32,791 nt of DNA, from positions 1 to 32,791 of the forward strand of contig LGGY01000124.1 in NCBI GenBank assembly GCA_001509335.1, read 5' to 3'. A program made the translations under genes and the position numbers. This stretch comes from Fidelibacterota bacterium 46_43. GTDB taxonomy: Bacteria; Fidelibacterota; Fidelibacteria; Fidelibacterales; Fidelibacteraceae. The notes beneath the pieces are model-generated. The model ran no database searches and had not been told where the DNA came from. It was given only the letters and a program-made list of their open reading frames with translations. Positions 17,959-27,381 of the stretch are shown here, piece by piece (position 1 is the stretch's first letter; every line of letters starts with the position of its first letter).

Positions 17959-19160
17959 TAAGAGCCTCCATTAGGTTTATGATAGATTTCCACACGGTTT
18001 TTCCCGGCCCGTTTTGCCTTATACATGGCATCATCCGCAACCTGAATCAGAGAAATCCCGTCATGACTGTCCTCCGGAAAGGACGCCATGCCGATGCTCA
18101 CTGTGACAGATGCCCGTATGCCATCCTGTTCAAAAGGATATTCGGCGATTTTCTGCCGTATCCGCTGGGCGGTCCCCATGGCAGCCTCTTTTTCCGCATT
18201 GGCCAGGATAACCGTAAATTCTTCGCCTCCATACCGGGCAACAATATCCACCATACGGATATTGTTCTTGATGATATCGGCCACTATTCTCAGCATATAA
18301 TCCCCATACAAATGGCCATGGGTATCGTTGATTTTTTTGAAATCATCCAGATCCATCATCATCAGCGTAAGGGAATGATCATATCGCCGGGCCCGGTATA
18401 CTTCTTCAAAGAGCTTTTCTTTAAATGCCCGGTGGTTTAGAACGCCGGTCAGACCGTCCACCGTGGCAAACCGTTTCAACGCATCCAGGGTTGTGAGCCT
18501 GTGATACGCAGACGCAAAATTTAAACTGATCAGGTTAAATGTATCAAGGTCTTTTTCAGAATATTCGTCGGGATTATAACTTTCCAGGGTGACAATCCCC
18601 GATTTAAAGTGATCCAGATGAACAGACCAACCCAAAAGGCTGTGATACGGAGTATGACTTAAATCTCCGGCAGAAAGCCTGAAAGTAAAAGGAGCGTTAT
18701 CCCGGTATTGATTCAGTACAACTGGATTTTTATGGTTTAACACATACGCCCATAATCCTTCTCTGACTGACAGGGTATGCCCGGTACCGGGCATATCTCC
18801 CGGACCATCCGTGTAGATAACTGTCAGAACATTGGGTTCATGGGGAATTCTGCGGCACACTGTCAGTTTATCATAATGAAATTCGGCAGATAAAACATCC
18901 CGGAGGGCTTTAAAAATGTCATCTTCCGTCGTTACTGTGTTCAAACGGATCAGATAGCGGGTTATGGCATCAGACTCATCCTCTGCTTCCGGCTGATTTT
19001 CCGTAACTGAGTATAATAAATATAAACTGAGTCCCAATAATATCCAGAGAAGTACCCGGACAAAATCCATCCACCGCGAAGTACCGGGCAAAGGGAAAAC
19101 CCATACAAAGAATCCCAAGACCCATATCAGCGCTGAAACAGCAAATCCGGCTTTTTTCAT
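17958..19160 (-). CDS. Membrane-anchored GAF-GGDEF diguanylate cyclase
   Basis: Two N-terminal TM helices, GAF-like middle, 'DGLTGVLN', 'DLDDFKKINDTHGH..GD', I-site RMVD, active site GGEEF. Confidence 0.92.
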   Translation of the reverse strand: MKKAGFAVSALIWVLGFFVWVFPLPGTSRWMDFVRVLLWILLGLSLYLLYSVTENQPEAEDESDAITRYLIRLNTVTTEDDIFKALRDVLSAEFHYDKLTVCRRIPHEPNVLTVIYTDGPGDMPGTGHTLSVREGLWAYVLNHKNPVVLNQYRDNAPFTFRLSAGDLSHTPYHSLLGWSVHLDHFKSGIVTLESYNPDEYSEKDLDTFNLISLNFASAYHRLTTLDALKRFATVDGLTGVLNHRAFKEKLFEEVYRARRYDHSLTLMMMDLDDFKKINDTHGHLYGDYMLRIVADIIKNNIRMVDIVARYGGEEFTVILANAEKEAAMGTAQRIRQKIAEYPFEQDGIRASVTVSIGMASFPEDSHDGISLIQVADDAMYKAKRAGKNRVEIYHKPNGGS

Positions 19161-19189
19161 AATCCTCTCAAATCCTCATGAAACACAGG

Positions 19190-19218
19190 AAGTTAAGTAA
19201 AAACACCCCGTGTTTCAA
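19190..19218 (-). promoter_or_regulatory. Candidate sigma70 promoter for cyclase and small protein
   Basis: TTGAAA-N17-TAACTT; overlaps a weak AAACAC-GGG-GTGTTT hairpin after the anti-sigma stop. Confidence 0.35.
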
Positions 19219-19790
19219 CGCCGGTCATTGACCAACTGGATCTGGTTTCGGAAATCTTCGGGTCCCAGGCCGTCTCTATTGTCCAAATTCTTATTGTTAC
19301 TGCTGTCTTTCAGGGCCATGGAGGATGACGTATGTCCTTTTGAAGGCATGGCACTTTGCTGAGTGGAAGGTGTGGTATTTGCAGATCCCATAGACGACAG
19401 GACGGGTGCGGAATTCATGGCAGAAGGCAGATTTTCAAGACGCGGATTATATCCCCGCCAGATGACAAGGGTTCCTGTCATCACCAAAATCAAGGCAGCT
19501 GCAGCAGAAAAGGTCCGGCTGTGGGTTGAAAAGAGAGTCCGGAGGTTCCGGGGATGCTGAAGATTTTCGTGATAATGACTAATTTTTTCCATGAGTACCG
19601 CTTCAAAAGAATCGGAAGCTGATACTTTGGGTAAAGCATGCAGGGCATCTACAAGTCCGGCCATCTCCTCCACTTTCCTGCGGCACACCGGGCACTCCCG
19701 AAGGTGGGTTTCTGCCTCACGGCGCAAAGGAAGTTTCAGTTGATTGTCCAGATAATCTGTTAAAAGGTTGGAAAAACTGTAGCAATCCAT
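19215..19790 (-). CDS. Zinc-binding anti-sigma factor (zf-HC2/ZAS) with one TM helix
   Basis: 'DYLDNQL...HLRECPVC' HxxxCxxC motif, TM helix, Ser/Thr-rich extracytoplasmic tail; directly downstream of an ECF sigma. Confidence 0.88.
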   Translation of the reverse strand: MDCYSFSNLLTDYLDNQLKLPLRREAETHLRECPVCRRKVEEMAGLVDALHALPKVSASDSFEAVLMEKISHYHENLQHPRNLRTLFSTHSRTFSAAAALILVMTGTLVIWRGYNPRLENLPSAMNSAPVLSSMGSANTTPSTQQSAMPSKGHTSSSMALKDSSNNKNLDNRDGLGPEDFRNQIQLVNDRR

Positions 19791-19808
19791 TCTATAAGCG
19801 TACCCTCC

Positions 19809-20387
19809 TTACTTACTTTTCAATTCTTTTAATATTTCCTGCAATTTCAACCTGCCTCTGTTAATCCGGCTTTTGACCGTTCCTGCAGGAACACCAACTA
19901 TCTTACTGATTTCTTCGTAAGATAGTTCCTGAATATCTCTTAAAATGATCGCCGTTTTAAATTGTTCCGGTAAACGTGAAATTGCTATCTGTATTTCTTT
20001 TTCCTGATACGCCGAACGGGATTCCCGCTCCGGATTATAAGTATCCGAAGGGATTTCAAATTCCTTATCATCGATGCCCATATCATGAATGGAATAAATC
20101 TTTCGCCGTTTCCGTTTCCGCAGTTCTGTTTTTGCCAGGTTCCCGGCTATGGTGTAAATCCATGTACTGAAACGGGCGATTTCCTTATACATGTGACTGC
20201 TTGTATACAGTTTTAAAAAAGTGTCCTGGACGATGTCTTCAGCCATTTCGCGGGAAGAAACAAAACGAAAAACAAAATTGACAAGCCTGTCCTTGTATCG
20301 CCGGACCAATTCCAAATAAGCCCGTTCATCCCCTTTTTGAAAAAGGGCAATCAGTTCTTCATCTGTATATTTTGCCGTTTCCCGCAT
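19809..20387 (-). CDS. ECF sigma factor (RpoE/SigW-like)
   Basis: 'AEDIVQDTFLK', 'FSTWIYTIA.N', region 4 'LSYEEISKIVGVPAGTVKSRINRGR'. Start ATG 20387 (or TTG 20396). Confidence 0.95.
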   Translation of the reverse strand: MRETAKYTDEELIALFQKGDERAYLELVRRYKDRLVNFVFRFVSSREMAEDIVQDTFLKLYTSSHMYKEIARFSTWIYTIAGNLAKTELRKRKRRKIYSIHDMGIDDKEFEIPSDTYNPERESRSAYQEKEIQIAISRLPEQFKTAIILRDIQELSYEEISKIVGVPAGTVKSRINRGRLKLQEILKELKSK

Positions 20388-20388
20388 C

Positions 20389-21369
20389 TTATTCAAGTAT
20401 TTTGTCCAGTGTTAAAATTAACCGTGTTAAAGGATCCCCGCTAATAGTTTTTAATTCTGTATCGGCCTGCAGAACCGCCTGAACGCCTCTGGCCAGGTCT
20501 GCATTGGTGAACCGTTTTGAAGCATTAAGCATTTTTTCATATTTATCCCGACGCCATGTCCGGGTGATTTTTTCGCCCTGTTCTACCCGGGGATCCCGTA
20601 AGATTCTCAGGTTCCACAAATAGTGGAAAAGTGTGGTATATATAAAGACTTCGTTCACACCGTGACCCATGAGATTTTCTGCAATAGCGATCGCTTTTTT
20701 TCTGTTTTTTTCTCCGATGCTCTCTGTGAGATCTTCCGGTGTCCAAGTCCGCTGGTAGCCTGCCGATTTCATCACGGCCTGCGTGGTGATCCGTTCCCCT
20801 GCCGGAAGCATGAGATCCAGTTTATCCAGTTCATTGGCCAGATCATTTAGATCATTCCCAGTCATACGGATTAGTGTCATGATCGCTTCACTGTCCGCTA
20901 ACCGTTTCTTTTCTTTCAGGTATTCCACGGCCCATTGGGGAATTTCACTGTCGAAAGGGGGATTTACATAAACCGTGGTGGCCATTTTGGACACTTTGGA
21001 TAAAAAATCATGGCGCCGTTCAATGACCGAAGCAGTTAGAATAACCGTATTGCTATCTGCCGGGTTTTCAAGGTATTTCAGAAACATTTTACGTACAGTG
21101 GGAATCATCTGTTTTATTTCCTCGATAAGGATAAAATTTCTTGTCTGGAAGAGGGATGTTCCGTAGAGAAGCTGTTGCAGATCATTGACCCGGAGTTCTT
21201 TCGCTGTCACATGCTGCCGTTCAATACCCTGGCTGGCCAGTGTTTTCCGTACCTCCTGAATGAAGGTGGAAGCCAGATAAAAATCACTGCCAAAGAGAAG
21301 GTATACAGGACGTATCTGTCCCTTCCGGACTTTTTCCATTTCTTTGAAATAATCCTGCAACCAGGTCAT
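20389..21369 (-). CDS. holA: DNA polymerase III subunit delta
   Basis: 'PVYLLFGSDFYL', 'SLF', 'YLENP', 'G.DL..L.NELDKL', 'D.ELKT'. Start at ATG 21369 (TGATG overlap). Confidence 0.85.
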   Translation of the reverse strand: MTWLQDYFKEMEKVRKGQIRPVYLLFGSDFYLASTFIQEVRKTLASQGIERQHVTAKELRVNDLQQLLYGTSLFQTRNFILIEEIKQMIPTVRKMFLKYLENPADSNTVILTASVIERRHDFLSKVSKMATTVYVNPPFDSEIPQWAVEYLKEKKRLADSEAIMTLIRMTGNDLNDLANELDKLDLMLPAGERITTQAVMKSAGYQRTWTPEDLTESIGEKNRKKAIAIAENLMGHGVNEVFIYTTLFHYLWNLRILRDPRVEQGEKITRTWRRDKYEKMLNASKRFTNADLARGVQAVLQADTELKTISGDPLTRLILTLDKILE

Positions 21370-22172
21370 CAGCTCAGTGCCACCGTAATAAAACCTAAAA
21401 GGACACAATAATATGAAAAGGAAGCCAGTCTGCCCCGCATTAAAATTTTAATCAGCCATTTCAGAGCCACAATCCCAGTAAAAAACGCTACAAGCATACC
21501 AAATGAAATATTGAAAAGGCTTATCTGGCTCCCCCCTTTTATTTCGGGGATTTCCAGGATGGTAGCCCCCACAATCAGGGGCAGGGCCATAATAAAGGAA
21601 AATTTTGCAATTTTTTCCCGGTCCACACCTGCCAGGAGTCCGGCCGAAATGGTACTTCCGCTCCGGGATATACCAGGGATCATAGCCAGTGCCTGAAAAA
21701 TTCCCATAAATAGGACATTCCAACCTTTCAGGGGCTTTTGGACCCGGGGTGCCCACTGGGTGATGAAAAGAAGAAGGCCAGTAAAAATCAGGGCGATGCC
21801 AACACTTTTCGTACTATCAAACAACCCTTCAATAAAATCCCGGAGGAAAAGACCTGCCAGCATAGCGGGAATCATGGAAAGCAAAACCAATAAGGCCATC
21901 CGGAACCATTCATCTTCCCTGTAATTCCGGGGTATTTGCCGGATTTTCCAGATCTTTGTAAAAAAAGATACGAGAATGCGGGTGATTTCCTTTCGGAACA
22001 CAAGCAGTACACTCATGAAGGTCCCAAAGTGGAGGGCGATTTCAAAGGTAATACCCGGGACTTTCAATCCAAACAAAGCCTCTGTCAGAACCATGTGCCC
22101 TGAACTGCTGACAGGCAGGAATTCCGTGAGTCCTTGAACAATTGCAATAATCATGACTTCCAGTATTGACAT
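21369..22172 (-). CDS. uppP: Undecaprenyl-diphosphate phosphatase (BacA)
   Basis: 'QGLTEFLPVSSSGH' and 'PGISRSGSTI' signatures, multi-TM. Confidence 0.97.
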   Translation of the reverse strand: MSILEVMIIAIVQGLTEFLPVSSSGHMVLTEALFGLKVPGITFEIALHFGTFMSVLLVFRKEITRILVSFFTKIWKIRQIPRNYREDEWFRMALLVLLSMIPAMLAGLFLRDFIEGLFDSTKSVGIALIFTGLLLFITQWAPRVQKPLKGWNVLFMGIFQALAMIPGISRSGSTISAGLLAGVDREKIAKFSFIMALPLIVGATILEIPEIKGGSQISLFNISFGMLVAFFTGIVALKWLIKILMRGRLASFSYYCVLLGFITVALS

Positions 22173-22859
22173 CTATTTCCTCAGTATTGACAGTAGTCTG
22201 TTATGTGTTTGATTCAGCCGGTAAGACACATACCTTTCTGTATGACACAGGGTGCACCGCTTTGTTAGCAGAATATTTTTTCGGGGAATTCCGGATTCAA
22301 GAAGCTGATCCCGTACAATACCCTGAAGATCCAGGGTCATCCGATGGCTATATAAGCCAATATGATCCGGAAAATATTTTGCCACATCATCTCCCACGTT
22401 ATAGCACTCCCTGCAGATAGACGGGCCAGTGGCGATAATCAATTCATCAGCTGGAACACCCCTGTCTTTCATGAGCTCAGCTGCATGGCTAACAATGTGC
22501 TGCCGGAGTCCACGCCACCCCGCATGGATAAGTCCCCGAAAACGTCCCTGGGTATCCGCCATAAAAACAGGAACACAATCGGCGGTCTGCAGAAGGAGAA
22601 TCAGAGAATCATGGTCAGTAATCACACCGTCACAGTCTGCCACCGGCCCGGGATTTTGGGTAAAATGTACAGTCCCCGAGTGAATTTGTACAGGCCAAAC
22701 CGCATTTTCCACCTTCAGATTCAGTTTTTGAAACACAGCCTTTGTCAGATCCCGGACAGAAATCCCATCATCAAAAAAAGCCCGGGTACTGGTCAGGGCA
22801 GTGGCTCCCGTCAGTCGTGAGAATGAAATGTATGTATCAAAATATTTCTCCCCCACCAT
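22173..22859 (-). CDS. pgeF: YfiH/PgeF family (peptidoglycan editing factor / purine nucleoside phosphorylase)
   Basis: 'QIHS', 'DGVIT', 'TADCVPV', 'HAGWRG', 'GPSI', 'CT.C', 'SYR'. Confidence 0.9.
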   Translation of the reverse strand: MVGEKYFDTYISFSRLTGATALTSTRAFFDDGISVRDLTKAVFQKLNLKVENAVWPVQIHSGTVHFTQNPGPVADCDGVITDHDSLILLLQTADCVPVFMADTQGRFRGLIHAGWRGLRQHIVSHAAELMKDRGVPADELIIATGPSICRECYNVGDDVAKYFPDHIGLYSHRMTLDLQGIVRDQLLESGIPRKNILLTKRCTLCHTERYVSYRLNQTHNRLLSILRK

Positions 22860-24664
22860 TACTCTTGCAAAGTATAAATGGTGTTATTTCTGAACTCAAG
22901 GAGTCTAACCGCGGTATTGACACCTGGCTTCCGTTTTGAAAAGCGCACATTACGGATAACACCCCGGAACTCACCCATGTTATTGACGGCAATCCGCAGG
23001 GCTTCCCGGGTTGTATTACCGTTTTCGATGAGATTCAGCATCAGTACCATGGTTTCATATCCGTAAATCGTCAACCGGTCCGGTGTTTTACCCGTCTGGC
23101 TTTCATACTCTTCCCGGAAAAAACTCACCCGGGGATCCTGCTCCAGCATCAGATGGTCAGCAGAAATAATCATCCCGTTTACATAACGGCGATACCGGGA
23201 CAAAAGGCTTTCATCCAGCCAGTTACCGTCTCCCAGAAGGTGGGTGTCAAAGTTATAATAAGCCAACTGGGGAGCGACAGACTCGATCTGATCATGATAA
23301 ATTGGCAGGTAAAAAGCATCGATGGCATCCAGAGTGATTTTCAGCGAATCGGCTGGGGTTTTCAGCTCCAGTTCCGGATCCAGAAGAATATTTGTCGTAT
23401 CAAGGCTATCGGCTGCCTGCAGAATAAAGGCCGCCTTACGGATATTCATAAACTGGGATTTCAAATCATTGGGATCGCTGAACCACTCCCTTCGGATCAC
23501 CATCCCGCCACTTCGGGCAACGGTTCTGGAAAAACTGTCGGAAATTCTCCGACCGTAATCGTCAGCCGGTGCAAGAATAGCAAAAGTCTCATATTTCAGG
23601 GAATCTACAGCATATCTGGCCAGGGCGTAAGCCCGCTCGTCCTGATCCGGATTCAGTTGAAAAACATAGGGACTCAGGGCAGAAAGTCCATCCCGGGTTG
23701 CCGTCGGTGTAAAGAGTGGAATTTTTTCAAAATCGCAGATAGAGGCCATGGCAATGGCATCCTGACTGGATAAAGGCCCCAAAATAGCGATGACATCCTC
23801 CATGTCTGCCGCGGCATAGGTGTATTTAATACTTTTCAGGATATCACTTTGGTTGTCCAGAACCACAAGTGAAATATTGTGCAGCAAATCATGTCTGAAG
23901 CGGTTCAGGGCATAGAGCATTCCATCCAACAGAGCCTTGCCGGCCGATCTTTCGGGACCGCTTAACGGAAGGATAACAGCCAAATCAATTTTTGCCCGTT
24001 TTTCTTCCTCCATCCCCTTTAGAATCTGATTGTAATAATTGACCTCAAAAAGTGTCATAAGGGATGTCTTCACCGATTGGAGTATTTGCTGAGCTGTTGC
24101 CACATCTCCCTTCAGTTTCATTTTCTCAGCCAATAAAAGATCAACGCCCCGCATTTCCGCCCGGCTACCTGCCAGGGCTTTCAGGGTTTTGATCTCTTCA
24201 GGGCTCAGAAACTGCCGGGTTCCTTCCCGGGCCAGCTCAAGGGCTTTCCGTTGCAGGGATTCCCTTTCCGTTTGATACACCACTTTTAACGCAAAAGACA
24301 CCGCAGGAAGATAACGGCCTGTTTTCATCAGAGAGGCACTTTTGGTATAAAGGACATCCTCCCGGTAACGGCTTTCTTCAAAGGTATCTGTAAAAAGTCC
24401 CGCCTCGGCAATCACATCTTCATGGCGGTCCAGAAAATAGAGACTTCGGATTACCATAAACAGGGATGTGGACGCATAAGGGTTGACATCCACCGGCAGT
24501 TGATGAAACACTTTATGAAACATCAGGTAGGCATCATAATAATTTTCCCGTTCGAATTCCTTTAGCCCATCTTCCATGAGAGACCGGGCTGAAGCAAAGA
24601 CTGCAGCCGGTAACAAACAGGTAATCACACTGAGAATCAAGATTTTACGAAGCCCTGCTTTCAC
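22859..24664 (-). CDS. Periplasmic TPR + PBP1-fold protein, LpoA/LppC-like
   Basis: Sec signal peptide, N-terminal helical repeats, 'AVILPLSG', 'ILGPL.S', 'YVFQLNP', 'APQLAYY', 'YGYE'. Confidence 0.7.
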   Translation of the reverse strand: MKAGLRKILILSVITCLLPAAVFASARSLMEDGLKEFERENYYDAYLMFHKVFHQLPVDVNPYASTSLFMVIRSLYFLDRHEDVIAEAGLFTDTFEESRYREDVLYTKSASLMKTGRYLPAVSFALKVVYQTERESLQRKALELAREGTRQFLSPEEIKTLKALAGSRAEMRGVDLLLAEKMKLKGDVATAQQILQSVKTSLMTLFEVNYYNQILKGMEEEKRAKIDLAVILPLSGPERSAGKALLDGMLYALNRFRHDLLHNISLVVLDNQSDILKSIKYTYAAADMEDVIAILGPLSSQDAIAMASICDFEKIPLFTPTATRDGLSALSPYVFQLNPDQDERAYALARYAVDSLKYETFAILAPADDYGRRISDSFSRTVARSGGMVIRREWFSDPNDLKSQFMNIRKAAFILQAADSLDTTNILLDPELELKTPADSLKITLDAIDAFYLPIYHDQIESVAPQLAYYNFDTHLLGDGNWLDESLLSRYRRYVNGMIISADHLMLEQDPRVSFFREEYESQTGKTPDRLTIYGYETMVLMLNLIENGNTTREALRIAVNNMGEFRGVIRNVRFSKRKPGVNTAVRLLEFRNNTIYTLQE

Positions 24665-25452
24665 TCCGTCTCCTCCCGGGGAAAACTGAAATGAAAATTA
24701 GATAGTTCCTGAAAAGACTCTTTGGCCGTCAGATCAAACTGAAGAGGTGTCATGGAAATTTTTTGTTCCAGTATCGCTGTTTCGTCCGTTTCCGCTACTT
24801 CCGTACCGGCGACCTTTTCTCCGGAGAGCCAGTAGTAGGGCTCCTGTTTGGGATTGATCCGCTCAATAAAAATTTCCTTCCACTGGGCTTGTCCCTGACG
24901 AGTGATTTCTACGCCCTGAATATGGTCGGGTGAGGGGACATTGGGAACGTTAATATTGAGGAGTATTCCTTTGGGAAGGCCTTTTTCCAGGATTTTTTCA
25001 GCTACATGCCGGATAAAAATCTGAGCCGGCTCAAAGTTGGGGTCAGTATAGGTTGTCAGACTGACAGCCACTGACGGAATCCCCATAAAAGTCCCTTCGG
25101 CTGCCGCAGCCACTGTGCCGGAATATAATACATTAAATCCCGTATTGCTTCCCAGGTTTATGCCGCTGACCACCAGATCCGGCAATTTTCTCATCAGCTG
25201 ATGGAGGGCCAGCTTGGAACAATCTGCCGGCATACCCGTGATAGCCATTCCGAAGAATTTCCCGTGTTTATAATATTTCCGGGGGTAAATCACATCATGT
25301 AGTGTAATGGCATGACCTGTGGCGCTCCGTTCTTTATCCGGTGCCACAATAGTCAGGTTTCCCAGGTCCTCGAGTGCATCGGCCAAGGCCTGCAATCCCG
25401 GGGCGGCAATCCCGTCATCATTGACTAATAAAATGGATGGTTTATCAGGCAT
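24661..25452 (-). CDS. surE: 5'/3'-nucleotidase SurE
   Basis: 'NDDGI.APG', 'VAP..ERS', 'SGINLGSN', 'YSGTVAAA.EG'. Confidence 0.97.
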   Translation of the reverse strand: MPDKPSILLVNDDGIAAPGLQALADALEDLGNLTIVAPDKERSATGHAITLHDVIYPRKYYKHGKFFGMAITGMPADCSKLALHQLMRKLPDLVVSGINLGSNTGFNVLYSGTVAAAAEGTFMGIPSVAVSLTTYTDPNFEPAQIFIRHVAEKILEKGLPKGILLNINVPNVPSPDHIQGVEITRQGQAQWKEIFIERINPKQEPYYWLSGEKVAGTEVAETDETAILEQKISMTPLQFDLTAKESFQELSNFHFSFPREETE

Positions 25453-26287
25453 AATAGAATTTTAAAACCTCGTCGATTGATTTTTTCAGGTGTCTCCGGT
25501 CCACAACAGCATCCACAAACCCTTTTTTTAACAGGAATTCAGCCGTTTGAAATCCTTCCGGCAATTCTTCACCAATAGTCTGACGAATGACCCGGGGACC
25601 AGCAAAACCGATCAAAGCACCCGGCTCGGCAAAAATAATGTCTCCCAACATGGCAAAACTGGCTGTGACTCCGCCAGTCGTGGGATGGGTCAGAACACTG
25701 ATGTATGGAATCCCTTTTTCATGGATCCGGGCAAGGCGGGAAGCGGTCTTTGCCATCTGCATCAGAGACAAAGCCCCTTCCTGCATTCTGGCACCTCCGG
25801 AAGCACTTACAATCACCAGCGGATATCCTTTTTCAAGCGAACGGTCTGCCAAACGGGCAATCTTTTCCCCTACCACTGATCCCATGCTCCCACCGATGAA
25901 ACGAAAATCCATGACTGCGAGATGGATGGGGATACCGTTTAATTGGGTTTCCACGGTTCTGACCGCTTCATATAGTCCGGTTTTCTGATGAGCGGCCAGC
26001 AGTTGTTCTTTGTACGGCACGGGATCAGAAAATTCCAAGGGGTTTTCCGAACGCATGAATCCGTCATATTCCGTGTATTTCTCTCCATCACACAAGATGC
26101 TCAGATACTGTCCGGAATGAATTCTAAAATGGTGGTTGCATTTGAAGCATACATGCTGGTGACGGGCTAATTCCTTATAGTAAATGATTTCACTGCATCG
26201 GGGACACTTAATCCAAACACCGCCAGGAATTTCTTTTTTATCTTCGGTTAATACCGGTTTTCCTGTCCGTTCATACCATTTTCCCAT
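25445..26287 (-). CDS. accD: Acetyl-CoA carboxylase carboxyltransferase beta subunit
   Basis: Zinc finger CPRC...CFKC, 'GGSMGSVVGEK', 'SGGARMQEG', 'PTTGGVTASFA', 'GFAGPRVI'. Confidence 0.98.
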   Translation of the reverse strand: MGKWYERTGKPVLTEDKKEIPGGVWIKCPRCSEIIYYKELARHQHVCFKCNHHFRIHSGQYLSILCDGEKYTEYDGFMRSENPLEFSDPVPYKEQLLAAHQKTGLYEAVRTVETQLNGIPIHLAVMDFRFIGGSMGSVVGEKIARLADRSLEKGYPLVIVSASGGARMQEGALSLMQMAKTASRLARIHEKGIPYISVLTHPTTGGVTASFAMLGDIIFAEPGALIGFAGPRVIRQTIGEELPEGFQTAEFLLKKGFVDAVVDRRHLKKSIDEVLKFYYA

Positions 26288-26291
26288 AACC

Positions 26292-26774
26292 TCACCTCAC
26301 TGTACGGCTCATGATCAGGGCATGAGCCTTTTCAGACGCATAGTAATTTTTACGCATTCCCTTGACTTCAAATCCAAATTTCCGGTAAAGGGCCAGGGCG
26401 GCCAAGTTGTTATGACGCACCTCCAGGGTAACCTGCTTGATTCTCAATTCATAAGCAAGGTCCATCACGTATTCCATCAGGCGGGATCCCAGTCCCTGAT
26501 ATCTGCATTCCGGATCCACCGCAATATTTGTAATGTGAATTTCCGGCGGTAAAAGCCAGATTCCCACATAAGCCATCACTTTTTGATGTATCTCAAGAAC
26601 CATCATCTTCGAGATCGAACTCACCGTGAGCTCATACTCAAAATGTTCCCTAAGCCAGGGATCGGCATAGCTCCGTTCCTCGATGTTCAGCACCCGGTCA
26701 AGATCATCCGGATTCATGGGACGAAGCCGGATATTTTGCGAATCCTCAATCGGATTTCCACTGAACGGGTTCAT
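26292..26774 (-). CDS. rimI: Ribosomal-protein-alanine N-acetyltransferase (GNAT)
   Basis: 'HITNIAV', 'R.QGLG', 'TLEVR..N..A..LY.KFGF', 'RKNYY'; follows tsaB. Exact start uncertain. Confidence 0.9.
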   Translation of the reverse strand: MNPFSGNPIEDSQNIRLRPMNPDDLDRVLNIEERSYADPWLREHFEYELTVSSISKMMVLEIHQKVMAYVGIWLLPPEIHITNIAVDPECRYQGLGSRLMEYVMDLAYELRIKQVTLEVRHNNLAALALYRKFGFEVKGMRKNYYASEKAHALIMSRTVR

Positions 26775-27381
26775 AACGCGAACCATAATAAATCCTGAGT
26801 TGATCGTATTGGGTCGTCAGGCTGACAGAGGGATTTTTGAAGATGGCCGCACCGATCCAGGCCGGCATGATGGGTTGTACATCCTGTGACCATGCATCAA
26901 ATCCTTCCAGAGCCCGATTGGAAACAATATGCCGGCTTCGGGGATAAAAGTCGGTCATTTCCCCCTTTTTTATATAAAGGATATTATCCTCCTGATCCCC
27001 AAGGGTATAGAAAAAATCCCGGTGGGAGTGAATCACCCAGACCGTTTCGCCTTCTGACCTGCCGGATTCCCGGGTCACTTCACGGAAAGCAAAGAGTGTA
27101 TTCACGGCAGCCACAGGGACTTGATGGGCATACGCCAGTCCCTTGACAAAACTCATTCCGATCCGGAGGCCGGTAAAAGATCCGGGGCCTGCAGAGACGG
27201 CAATTCCGTCCAGCTGCGACAACTTCAGGGAATGCCTGAGGAGGAGTTTCTGGCAGATCACTGCTAATTTTTCCGCGTGGACCCGGGGATGAATCAGTAT
27301 TTCATTATCTTTCTCTCCTTCCGGAGTACAGAGCGAAACACCACAAACAGGAGAAGATGTCTCAACAGCCAAAATTAACAT
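26746..27381 (-). CDS. tsaB: tRNA t6A biosynthesis protein TsaB
   Basis: 'MLILAVETSS', 'HAEKL', 'GPGSFTGLRIG'. Start at 27381 with GAGGA SD. Confidence 0.92.
   Translation of the reverse strand: MLILAVETSSPVCGVSLCTPEGEKDNEILIHPRVHAEKLAVICQKLLLRHSLKLSQLDGIAVSAGPGSFTGLRIGMSFVKGLAYAHQVPVAAVNTLFAFREVTRESGRSEGETVWVIHSHRDFFYTLGDQEDNILYIKKGEMTDFYPRSRHIVSNRALEGFDAWSQDVQPIMPAWIGAAIFKNPSVSLTTQYDQLRIYYGSRYEPVQWKSD

Noticed and set aside
15286-23773. Long plus-strand ORFs (15286-15855, 16501-17061, 17877-18440, 22362-22820, 23153-23773) and other short overlapping ORFs
   Set aside because: Antisense or alternate-frame shadows of well-supported genes, with no recognisable motifs.
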